Below are positions 13,182 through 20,520 of a DNA stretch of 27,532 nucleotides, piece after piece. The DNA is taken from contig JBOGXT010000821.1 in assembly GCA_050694635.1 (NCBI GenBank), forward strand, positions 1 to 27,532, in the 5' to 3' direction. Both the position numbers and the translations under genes were made by a program. The notes under the pieces were generated by a model. That model saw only the letters and a list, made by a program, of their open reading frames with translations. It was not told where the DNA came from and did no database searches. Numbering within the stretch: position 1 is the stretch's first letter; every line of letters begins with the position of its first letter. This DNA is from Thermoleophilaceae bacterium. GTDB lineage: Bacteria > Actinomycetota > Thermoleophilia > Solirubrobacterales > Thermoleophilaceae.

Positions 13182-13222
13182 GGAGTCTCCCGGGGAAGCG
13201 ACGGGCGGGGCGGCGTCTTCAT
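13178..13222 (-). other. Candidate 14-aa Pro-rich uORF MKTPPRPSLPRETP in the atp leader
   Basis: ATG 13222 preceded by GGGGGAG; its TGA overlaps the atpI TTG (TTGA). Confidence 0.3.
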
Positions 13223-13243
13223 GCTCCCCCGGCGGGGCGCTGA

Positions 13244-13282
13244 ACGGTACAGGAAAACTCGACTTTGTGACTACTTTGTGAC
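13244..13282 (-). promoter_or_regulatory. Putative atp operon promoter: -10 TACCGT plus perfect direct repeat GTCACAAAGT x2 over the -35 region
   Basis: + strand ACTTTGTGAC at 13262-13271 and 13273-13282 (11-bp period); TACCGT at 13249-13244. Confidence 0.6.
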
Positions 13283-13352
13283 ACTCCGCTCGCACGCCGC
13301 CGCCGAGCGCCTACCAAGCGAAGGGACGTGAGCCCGGTGGCGGCGAACCGGG

Positions 13353-13799
13353 CTAGGCAGGGCGCCGCGCCAGCGCCCTGTTCAGTTCTTCGATTATCTC
13401 CTCCGCCTCCCCAGGCTTCGGTCGCGTGAGGGGGTTCGGACCCTGGATGCCCCAGATGGTGATGCGCCGGCCGTTTCGCAGCTCGGCGATGCCGACGCGG
13501 GGCAGGAGACCGCGAGGGCCGATGCTGAAGCGGTCGACCGCCTCCCAGGGCACCACGACCGTGCGGAGGACGTTCGTGATCCGCACGCCGCCGTCCTCGA
13601 TCCTGATCCGGGCTCTCGCGGTTCGGAGCCCGAGCCAGATGCCCGGCGCCACGATCAGAAGCGCCACCGGCACGATCCACGCCTTGCCGGTCTCGGCGGC
13701 GGCGATACCTCCCCGGACCAGCACGAACAGCACGAGCGCGATCGCCACGAGCACACCGACCCGCGCCTGGCTTCGCACCCGATACGTCCTGGCCTGCAT
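13353..13799 (-). CDS. Membrane protein with bacterial PH-like domain
   Basis: Two TM segments, then IRIEDGGVRITNVLRTVVVPWEAV, a typical bPH pattern. Alternative start at 13823. Confidence 0.7.
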   Translation of the reverse strand: MQARTYRVRSQARVGVLVAIALVLFVLVRGGIAAAETGKAWIVPVALLIVAPGIWLGLRTARARIRIEDGGVRITNVLRTVVVPWEAVDRFSIGPRGLLPRVGIAELRNGRRITIWGIQGPNPLTRPKPGEAEEIIEELNRALARRPA

Positions 13800-13868
13800 C
13801 GTCTCGTCGCGTGCCGCGTGCATCACTGGTAGACCGTGCCCGTGGCGACTCCCGGCGCCGCAAGATAC

Positions 13869-13893
13869 CCGTTGACCGCATAGCGGCCGGCGG
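13869..13893. repeat. Short imperfect hairpin (REP-like)
   Basis: CCGTTGACCGC-ATA-GCGGCCGGCGG; shares GTTGACCGC with the hairpin at 25738-25780. Confidence 0.35.
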
Positions 13894-14060
13894 TGTTGGT
13901 GGGGAGAAGGTGCTCGGCCCTGCCGACCAGACGCGCCCCCGGGCACCGCCCCGACCTGCTTGCGGTGCTCCCAGGTCCACTCGGCCACGTCGCCGGCAGC
14001 CCGCACCGCGCCCTCCAGGCCCACCAGCAAAGACCCTCGGCATGGGTGCTTGCAGCCTAG

Positions 14061-14109
14061 TCCTGCCGGGCAGGAACTTATTGGGAAATAAGTTATGTGC
14101 TGCTAAGTT
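14061..14109 (+). promoter_or_regulatory. Operator-like inverted repeat and extended -10 promoter of the ATPase gene
   Basis: TCCTGCC-G-GGCAGGA (14061-14075); perfect AACTTATT-N4-AATAAGTT (14075-14094); TG-C-TAAGTT (14101-14109) 6 nt before ATC 14116. Confidence 0.6.
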
Positions 14110-14115
14110 TTTGCC

Positions 14116-15546
14116 ATCGCAACCCGTCGTTTCCTGAACCGAACCGAGGAGCTCTCGGCCTTTCAGCGCCGCTGGGATAGTGGCGAGGCGCAGCTGTTCA
14201 CGCTCTGGGGGCGCCGCCGCGTCGGCAAAACTTTGCTGCTGCTCGAGTTCGCGCGCGACAAGCGCCACCTCTACTTCGAAGCCACCAGCGGCAGCCGCAA
14301 CGATCAGCTGGCCGACTTCTCGGACCGCCTGGCGGAGGCGACCGGCAGGGCGGCGTTGAGCGTCCCGGACTGGCGCACCGGCCTCGACGCAGTGGCGGAC
14401 TGGGCCCGTGAAGGCCCCGTCGTGCTGGTACTCGACGAGTTCCAGCTCATGGCCAGGGAGAACCGCGACATCGGTTCCATCATCAACGTCTGGTGGCGCG
14501 AGCGCGGCGAGAACGTGCCCATTTTCCTGGTTCTCTCGGGCAGCGAGGTCGGCTTCTTCGAGCGCGAGGTCGTTAACTACTCGGCAACCACCTACGGCCG
14601 CCGCGGCGGCCAGTTGCGGCTGCGACCCTTCAAGCTGCGCGACGTCGAGCTGTTCCTGCCGGACTGGTCGGACGAGGACAAGATTGCCGCCTACGCGGTC
14701 TTCGGCCACATGCCCTACTACCTGGCCCATGTCCGCGAGCGGGACAGCCTCGAGGACAACATTCTCAGCCTCCTGCTGCAACCCGACGGTCTGCTGCACG
14801 AGGAGGCGCGGCTGCTGCTCGACCAGGAGCTGCCGGACGCTTCGGCGTACTTCTCGGTGCTGCGGGCCATCGCCGCCGGCCAGACGCGCGTGTCGCAGGT
14901 AGCCCAGCGGACCGGCATCTCAGGCGGCACTTCGCGTGTCAGCCAGGTGCTCGAAACGCTCCGCAATCTGTGGTTGGTCGAGAAGCAGTTCCCAGTCACG
15001 GTTACCAACCCGGAGCGCTCGAAACAGAGCTTCTACCGCATCACCGACCCGTACTTGCGCTTCTGGTTTCGGTTCGTACTGCCCGCCCAGGGGCGGCTCG
15101 CCGACGCGGACGGCGCCGAACGGCATCTGCGCGGCCGCGTGCTGCCGCAGCTCGACGAGTTCGTCTCCGCGCCCGCCTTCGAGGAGGTCTGCCAAGACTG
15201 GCTGCGCCGCGAGGTAGACGCCGCCGCCGTCGGCTGGTGGTGGGGCAAGGTCCGCGAGACACGCGGCACCGACCTTCGCGACGTCGAACGCGAGCTCGAC
15301 GCCGTGTGTGTCGACGACGAAGGAGAGGTGACCGCGATCGGATCTTGCAAGTGGACGGCCGGAGCGCTGCCTTACAGCGAGAAGGCGAAGCTCGACGCGC
15401 TCGCCGGCCATCTGATGCCCGACGGCCCGCCGCCGCAACTCTTCTTCTTCGCCCGCGCCGGCTTCGACGAGCACCTCACGCGAGAAGCCAGCGCCAATGA
15501 GCGCGTCCGGCTCGTCACACCCGCTGAGCTGTTCCCCCAGCGCTGA
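14116..15546 (+). CDS. Archaeal-type AAA ATPase (ATPase_2) + winged helix + DUF234/PD-(D/E)XK-like C-terminus; apparent ATC start
   Basis: FLNRTEEL and Walker A GRRRVGKT lie upstream of the track start 14233. Walker B VLVLDEFQ, LSGS, YRITDPYLRFWFRF, AFEEVC, ELDAV...GSCKW. Confidence 0.85.
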   Translation: MATRRFLNRTEELSAFQRRWDSGEAQLFTLWGRRRVGKTLLLLEFARDKRHLYFEATSGSRNDQLADFSDRLAEATGRAALSVPDWRTGLDAVADWAREGPVVLVLDEFQLMARENRDIGSIINVWWRERGENVPIFLVLSGSEVGFFEREVVNYSATTYGRRGGQLRLRPFKLRDVELFLPDWSDEDKIAAYAVFGHMPYYLAHVRERDSLEDNILSLLLQPDGLLHEEARLLLDQELPDASAYFSVLRAIAAGQTRVSQVAQRTGISGGTSRVSQVLETLRNLWLVEKQFPVTVTNPERSKQSFYRITDPYLRFWFRFVLPAQGRLADADGAERHLRGRVLPQLDEFVSAPAFEEVCQDWLRREVDAAAVGWWWGKVRETRGTDLRDVERELDAVCVDDEGEVTAIGSCKWTAGALPYSEKAKLDALAGHLMPDGPPPQLFFFARAGFDEHLTREASANERVRLVTPAELFPQR

Positions 15547-15610
15547 GCCGGTTGGGCGACGGGGCATGTGCCCTCCCCGCGTACGCCCGCGGCGAGCTGA
15601 GGCCGATACC

Positions 15611-15967
15611 GAGATCGCGAAGAACCACCCGCGCTTCTGGTGGCCCGGCGGCGCCTACGTCGACTGGGTCGGCACGACCTGGTACTCGCCCTATCGAGCG
15701 ACGTCCGCCATCCACCCGATGTACCGCTACCCGAGGTGGCGCCGCAAGCCGTTCGCCTTCGCCGAGTGGGGCGTCTGGGGCGCGGACGCGCCCGGCTTGG
15801 TGGGCCAGTTCTTCGGCTTCCTGCACTCGCACCCGCGCGTGCGCATGGCGGTCTACTACCAGTCCGCCTCCCTGAAGACGGAGTTTCGCCTCTCGACCCA
15901 CCCGGCCACCCGCGCCGCGCTGCGCCGAGCGGTCACGTGGCCGCGCCTGGCCGGTGTGGCGCCCTAG
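15611..15967 (+). pseudogene. 3' remnant of a GH26-like glycoside hydrolase
   Basis: WPGGAYVDWVG and KPFAFAEWG motifs present; N-terminal half, including the acid/base motif and signal peptide, absent. Confidence 0.7.
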
Positions 15968-17185
15968 CTACGAAACGCGCCGCAGCGACGCGGAGGTGCC
16001 CGGCTCGAGCGCGGCGAGGAACGCCCGCACTACCCGCGCGTCGAACTGCGTCCCGGCGCCCGCCTCGAGCTCCGCGCGGGCCGCCTCATCGCCCATGGCG
16101 GCGCGGTAGGCGCGGTCGGCGGTCATCGCCTCGTACGCGTCCGCCACGGCCAGGATGCTCGCCTCGAGCGGGATCGCGTCGCCCGTCAGGCCCTCCGGAT
16201 AGCCGCGCCCGTCGGGGCGCTCGTGGTGCGAGAGCACCCAGGCGCGCAGGTCGTCGAACTCCGGATGCGTGAGCAGGCGCGCGCCGATCTCCGGGTGCGT
16301 TCGCATCTCGCGCCACTCGTCGGCGTCGAGCGGGCCGGGCTTTACGATCACCCGGTCGGACACGCCGATCTTGCCCACGTCGTGCAGCACGCCGGCGAGG
16401 CGCACGCGCTCGACCCGCTCGGAGGGCAGGCCTAGCTCGATCGCGGTCAGCTCGGCGTAGCGGCCCACCGTCTGCGAGTGGCCGACGGCCCCGTTGTCGC
16501 GGACGTCGAGCGTCTCGGCGAGGCCGACCACGGTGGCGAGCTGGAGGTCGGCGCCGTCCGGGCCGCCCACCGAGGCGAGCATGCGCGCGACCTCGGCGCT
16601 GTAGATCACCGAGCGGTCCTTGCCGAGCTCCTTGGCCGCGCCCAACGCGCGCGTGGCCGAGCTCATGAGGAGGTCGAGCCGGTCGCCGTGCTCCGGGTAG
16701 CTCGCCACGCCGAAGGACACCGTGACCGGCATCGGCTGCTCGCCGAAGGTCCGGTGGGCGGCGCGCCGGAGCCGCTCGGCCACGAGGAAGGCCCCGCGCT
16801 CGTCGGTCTCGGGCAGGAGCAGGGCGAACTCCTCGCCGCCGACGCGGCCAGCCGAGTCGATGCGGCGCTTCCACTTGCACATGTCGCGCGAGACGAGCTG
16901 GAGCACCTTGTCGCCGGCGGAGTGGCCGAGGCGGGTGTTCACCGACGCGAGACCGTCGAGGTCGCCCATCACAACCGACAGCGGGCGGCCGGTGCGTCGC
17001 GAGCGCTCGAGCTCGGAATCGAGCAGCTGCTCGAAGGCCCGCCGGTTCAGCAGGCCCGTGAGGGGGTCGGTTCTGGTCGCGTCGGAGAGACGCGCCGACA
17101 GCCGGGCGATCCGATGGCGCTGGTGGGCGATCACACCTAGCAGGATCAGGACCACGCCAAGGGCGACGATGGACGAAAGTCCCAT
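15968..17185 (-). CDS. GGDEF + HD-GYP protein, single N-terminal TM; GGDEF accessory motifs degenerate, HD-GYP intact
   Basis: DPLTGLLNRR, RRID-x5-GGEEF, but DLDGLASVNT and ATRALG; LHDVGK, HHERPDGRGYP, DRAYR. Confidence 0.92.
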   Translation of the reverse strand: MGLSSIVALGVVLILLGVIAHQRHRIARLSARLSDATRTDPLTGLLNRRAFEQLLDSELERSRRTGRPLSVVMGDLDGLASVNTRLGHSAGDKVLQLVSRDMCKWKRRIDSAGRVGGEEFALLLPETDERGAFLVAERLRRAAHRTFGEQPMPVTVSFGVASYPEHGDRLDLLMSSATRALGAAKELGKDRSVIYSAEVARMLASVGGPDGADLQLATVVGLAETLDVRDNGAVGHSQTVGRYAELTAIELGLPSERVERVRLAGVLHDVGKIGVSDRVIVKPGPLDADEWREMRTHPEIGARLLTHPEFDDLRAWVLSHHERPDGRGYPEGLTGDAIPLEASILAVADAYEAMTADRAYRAAMGDEAARAELEAGAGTQFDARVVRAFLAALEPGTSASLRRVS

Positions 17186-17193
17186 TCAGGTCT

Positions 17194-17221
17194 GTATCGG
17201 TGCCGCCGCCCGGTTCGTTTA
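17194..17221 (-). promoter_or_regulatory. Putative sigma-28 (FliA/WhiG-type) promoter TAAA-N16-ACCGATAC
   Basis: TAAA 17221-17218, 16-nt spacer, ACCGATAC 17201-17194, 8 nt, ATG 17185; no SD. Confidence 0.65.
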
Positions 17222-17229
17222 GGACGAGC

Positions 17230-18819
17230 TCAAACGGCTCGCAGCAGCGCGTCGACGACCTGGGCGTCGAACTGGCGCCCGGCGCCTGCGCGCAGGACGG
17301 CGGCGGCGGCGTCGACGGCGAGCGCCTCGCGGTAGGGCCGGTCGCTCGTCATCGCCTCGTAGGCGTCGGCGACGGCGAGGATGCGTGCCTCGAGCGGCAC
17401 CTGCTCCCAGGGGTGTCCGGCGGGGTAGCCGCGCCCGTCCGGGCGGACGTGGTGGAACAGGATCCAGGAGCCGATGTCGTCGAAGTCGGTGGTCTCGACC
17501 ATGCGGGCGCCGATCTCCGGGTGGCCTCGCACGAGCGTCCACTCGTCCTCGCTGAGCGGTCCTGTCTTGCGCACGAGCGTGTCCGGGATGCCGACTCGGC
17601 CGATGTCGTGGAGGATCCCGGCGAGTCGCACGCGCTCGACCGCATCGGGCGGGAGGCCGAGCTCGCGGGCGGTCAGCTCGGCCAGGCGGCCGACGCGGTG
17701 GCAGTGGCTGACGCTCCCGCTGTCGCGCACGTCGAGCGCCTCGGCCAGGCTGAGCAGCGCGGCCAGCTCGACCTGCGCCTCCTCGTGGCCCCGCGGCGGG
17801 CGGGCCAGGATGCCGGCCACCTCGGCGCTCGAGATGACTGTGCGGTTGCGCCCCAGCCGCTTGGCGGCGTAGAGAGCCTGGTCGGCCGCGCGCAGGAGCG
17901 CCTCCGAGGAGCCGCCGTGCAGCGGGAACGTGGCGATGCCGAACGACACCGTCAGCTCGTCGCCGGCCTCCTCGATCTCGGTGCGGATGCGCTCGGCGAG
18001 CATGTACGCGCCGTGCTCGTCTGAATTGGTCGCGAGCACGGCGAACTCCTCGCCGCCGATGCGGGCCGCGGCGTCGAAGCCGCGCTTCGAGGAGTCGATC
18101 GTGTGGGCCACGCGCCTGAGCGCGGCGTCGCCGGCGCTGTGTCCGTGCTCGTCGTTGACGCGCTTGAAGCGGTCGAGGTCGCCCACGATCAGGCTGAGCG
18201 GGGCCTCGGCGCGGCGGGCGCGCTCGAGCTCCATGTCGAAGACCTCCTCGAAGCCGCGGCGGTTGAGCAGCTCCGTGAGCGAGTCGCGGTGGGCCGCGTC
18301 GGCGAGGCCGGCGATCAGGGCCGTCATTCGGTCGCGCACCACCAGCACGAACATGCCGCCCGCGAGCAGCGTGCCGGTGGTGGCCAGCCAGCCGTCGAAG
18401 TGGTTGCCGGGCGGGGACTCCGCGACGAGCGCAAGCGCGTAGCCGGCGCCGGCCAGCCCGAGGTGGACCAGCGCCGCGGGCAGGGTGAAGAAGTAGAACG
18501 CGAACAGCATGATCCAGGCGTACGGCAGCGGCCCGTACGACGAGCCCGCGCCCCAGGCGTAGACGGCGACGCTGGCGGCGGCGCTGCCGACGGCCACCGC
18601 GACGTGGAAGCCGGCTGGAGGCATGCGGTCGCGGGCGGCGATCAGCGTCACGGCCGCCGCCAGCGTGGCGATCGACACGACCAGCAGCATCGTGCGGTCG
18701 TTCACCGAGGTGTCCGGCAGCACCACTGAGAGGAGCCCGAAGCCCCCGCCGAGGGCGAAGTAGATCGCGCCCCACCGCGCCATGGTCTCCCGCGTACCGG
18801 GGGCGTCCGTGCCTCTCAC
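17230..18819 (-). CDS. Multi-TM GGDEF + HD-GYP protein; GGDEF intact, HD-GYP altered
   Basis: About 5-6 TM; DLDRFKRVNDEHGH, RGFD-x5-GGEEF, ADQALYAAKRLGRN; LHDIGR, HHVRPDGRGYP. GTG start chosen from the promoter geometry (alternative ATG 18783). Confidence 0.92.
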   Translation of the reverse strand: MRGTDAPGTRETMARWGAIYFALGGGFGLLSVVLPDTSVNDRTMLLVVSIATLAAAVTLIAARDRMPPAGFHVAVAVGSAAASVAVYAWGAGSSYGPLPYAWIMLFAFYFFTLPAALVHLGLAGAGYALALVAESPPGNHFDGWLATTGTLLAGGMFVLVVRDRMTALIAGLADAAHRDSLTELLNRRGFEEVFDMELERARRAEAPLSLIVGDLDRFKRVNDEHGHSAGDAALRRVAHTIDSSKRGFDAAARIGGEEFAVLATNSDEHGAYMLAERIRTEIEEAGDELTVSFGIATFPLHGGSSEALLRAADQALYAAKRLGRNRTVISSAEVAGILARPPRGHEEAQVELAALLSLAEALDVRDSGSVSHCHRVGRLAELTARELGLPPDAVERVRLAGILHDIGRVGIPDTLVRKTGPLSEDEWTLVRGHPEIGARMVETTDFDDIGSWILFHHVRPDGRGYPAGHPWEQVPLEARILAVADAYEAMTSDRPYREALAVDAAAAVLRAGAGRQFDAQVVDALLRAV

Positions 18820-18825
18820 CGCGCC

Positions 18826-18831
18826 ACTATA
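18826..18831 (-). promoter_or_regulatory. Sigma-A-like -10 TATAGT, leaderless geometry
   Basis: TATAGT-N6-GTG (18819). Confidence 0.6.
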
Positions 18832-18867
18832 GGTCCGGCCTCGAGGTTCCCGCCAGAATGCCCGGGT

Positions 18868-19299
18868 GTGTGGATCCAGCAGCAGGTGACGCTCCAGCCG
18901 AGGCCCCGCGGCTTCCATCTCGTGACCGACGAGATCGTGGCCGGGGTCCCCGAGCTGGGCTCGATCCAGGTGGGACTCGCGCTTGTCTTCATGCAGCACA
19001 CATCCGCCTCTCTCACGATCAACGAGAACGCGAGCCCGGAAGTTCGCCGCGACTTCGCGGCCTGGTTCGACCGCGCGGTCCCCGACGGGGCCTCCTACTT
19101 CGCGCACACGCTCGAGGGACCGGACGACATGCCGGCGCACGTCAAGTCTTCGCTGACGGGCGCCGCGCTGGTGCTGCCGGTGAGCGGCGGACGGCTGGCA
19201 TTGGGCACCTGGCAGGGGATCTACCTGTGCGAGCACCGCGACCGCGGCGGGGCGCGCTCGGTGCTCGTGACGGCCGTCGGGGAGGGATCGGCTGACTAG
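18868..19299 (+). CDS. yjbQ: YjbQ/UPF0047 family protein
   Basis: HTSASLTINEN, EGPDDMPAHVKSSL, LGTWQGIYLCEHR. Confidence 0.93.
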   Translation: MWIQQQVTLQPRPRGFHLVTDEIVAGVPELGSIQVGLALVFMQHTSASLTINENASPEVRRDFAAWFDRAVPDGASYFAHTLEGPDDMPAHVKSSLTGAALVLPVSGGRLALGTWQGIYLCEHRDRGGARSVLVTAVGEGSAD

Positions 19300-19436
19300 C
19301 GCACCGCGAAGACGCGCGCTGGACCGCCCGAGCCCTCCTCCCACGGCACGACTCCGACGACGGCGGTCATTCCCTTCGGACGCACCGTGCCGAGGTTGGC
19401 GAGGTTCTCGAGGCCGTCGGTACCTGGAAGACACAT
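19296..19436 (-). pseudogene. C-terminal remnant of a cyclase (kynurenine-formamidase-like) family gene, 46 codons
   Basis: Hand translation MCLPGTDGLENLANLGTVRPKGMTAVVGVVPWEEGSGGPARVFAVR*; LENLANL...GSGGPARV resembles the cyclase-family C-terminus. Not in the ORF track. Confidence 0.65.
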
Positions 19437-19514
19437 CGCCGCTCCTCTCTCGCGCTCCTGGCGCGAGGCTACTCCGGGCCCGGTTGGCCATCAACTCACC
19501 GTCCGGCGGCTGTG

Positions 19515-19528
19515 GGAACATGTGTTCG
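19515..19528 (+). promoter_or_regulatory. LexA (SOS) box, Gram-positive type
   Basis: gGAAC-ATGT-GTTCg directly abutting the GTG start at 19528. Confidence 0.8.
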
Positions 19529-20520
19529 TGCGGTGGGACCACCTGAGCGTCGAGACTGAGGAGAGCCGGACCCTCCCCGGCTACCGCGAACCGGCGGCGA
19601 TCCGGACATTCGACGCCCCCGAGGCGATGAACGTCCGTTTCTACGAGGTCCAGGCGAAGTCGATCCTGAACCGCGTGCCGAAGGCATCGCGGATGCCGTT
19701 TCGGTGGACGATCAACCCGTATCGAGGATGCACGCATGCGTGCGTCTGGTGCTTCGCCCGGCCCACGCACACCTATCTCGACTTCAACGCGCGCGAGGAC
19801 TTCGAGCGCGAGATCGTCGTCAAGTTGAACACGCCGGAGGTGGCGCGGGCGGAGCTGATGCGGCCCAGGTGGACGCGCGAGCACGTCGCGCTTGGCACCA
19901 ACACGGATCCGTATCAGTGGGTCGAGAAGAAGTACGAGCTGCTGCCGGGCGTGTGGGAGGCCATGCGGGACTCGCGCACGCCCTGCTCGGTGCTGACGAA
20001 GTCGCCGCTGCTGCTGCGCGACGTCGAGCTGTTCAAGCAGATCCCGAGCTTCGCCGCCAACCTGTCGATCCCGACGCTCGACGAGAAGGCGTGGCGCGCC
20101 AGCGAGCCACACACGCCGCACCCGCGCAAGCGGATCGAGGCGGTGGCCGAGCTCAACCGGGCCGGGATCCCGACCGGGGTCCTGATCGCGCCGTTGATGC
20201 CGGGCATCAACGACTCCCCCAGTCAGGTCGAGGAGATCCTCGAGCTGTGCGCCGAGGCGGGCGCCGTGTCGATCGGCGGCATATGCCTCCACCTGCGCGG
20301 CGAGGTGCGCGACATCGTGATGGACTGGCTGCGCTCGTACCGGCCGGACCTGGTGCCGCGCTACGAGAGCCTGTACGCACGCGGGGCGTACGCGCCGAAG
20401 GCGGAGCGCGACAGGCTCGCGGGATTGGTCAGCCGGGGCCGGCGCGCGCTGAGCGAGGAGGTCGAGGACGCGGAGCCCAGCATGGCCGCGCCGCCACCCG
20501 AGCAGCGGTCGCTGTTCTAG
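19528..20520 (+). CDS. Rv2578c-family (spore photoproduct lyase-like) radical SAM protein
   Basis: MRW start, INPYRGCTHACVWC (CxxxCxxC), GTNTDPYQ, LTKS, PGIND. Start moved from 19387. Confidence 0.9.
   Translation: MRWDHLSVETEESRTLPGYREPAAIRTFDAPEAMNVRFYEVQAKSILNRVPKASRMPFRWTINPYRGCTHACVWCFARPTHTYLDFNAREDFEREIVVKLNTPEVARAELMRPRWTREHVALGTNTDPYQWVEKKYELLPGVWEAMRDSRTPCSVLTKSPLLLRDVELFKQIPSFAANLSIPTLDEKAWRASEPHTPHPRKRIEAVAELNRAGIPTGVLIAPLMPGINDSPSQVEEILELCAEAGAVSIGGICLHLRGEVRDIVMDWLRSYRPDLVPRYESLYARGAYAPKAERDRLAGLVSRGRRALSEEVEDAEPSMAAPPPEQRSLF

Noticed and set aside
13262..13282. Rex operator upstream of atp
   Set aside because: TTGTGA half-sites are in direct rather than inverted orientation; no TCACAA partner at Rex spacing.
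15582..15609. Second sigma-28-like site (TACG-N16-GCCGATAC)
   Set aside because: -35 is poor and no start codon or intact gene follows.
19500..19521. PafBC/RecA-NDp-type motif upstream of the radical SAM gene
   Set aside because: Only 4 of 6 match TGTCGG and the -10 lacks the first T; too weak.
17230..20292. 1020-aa ORF as one giant GGDEF/HD-GYP fusion
   Set aside because: The first ~490 codons are antisense to yjbQ and the radical SAM gene and look non-protein-like; a promoter and GTG at 18819 define the real start.
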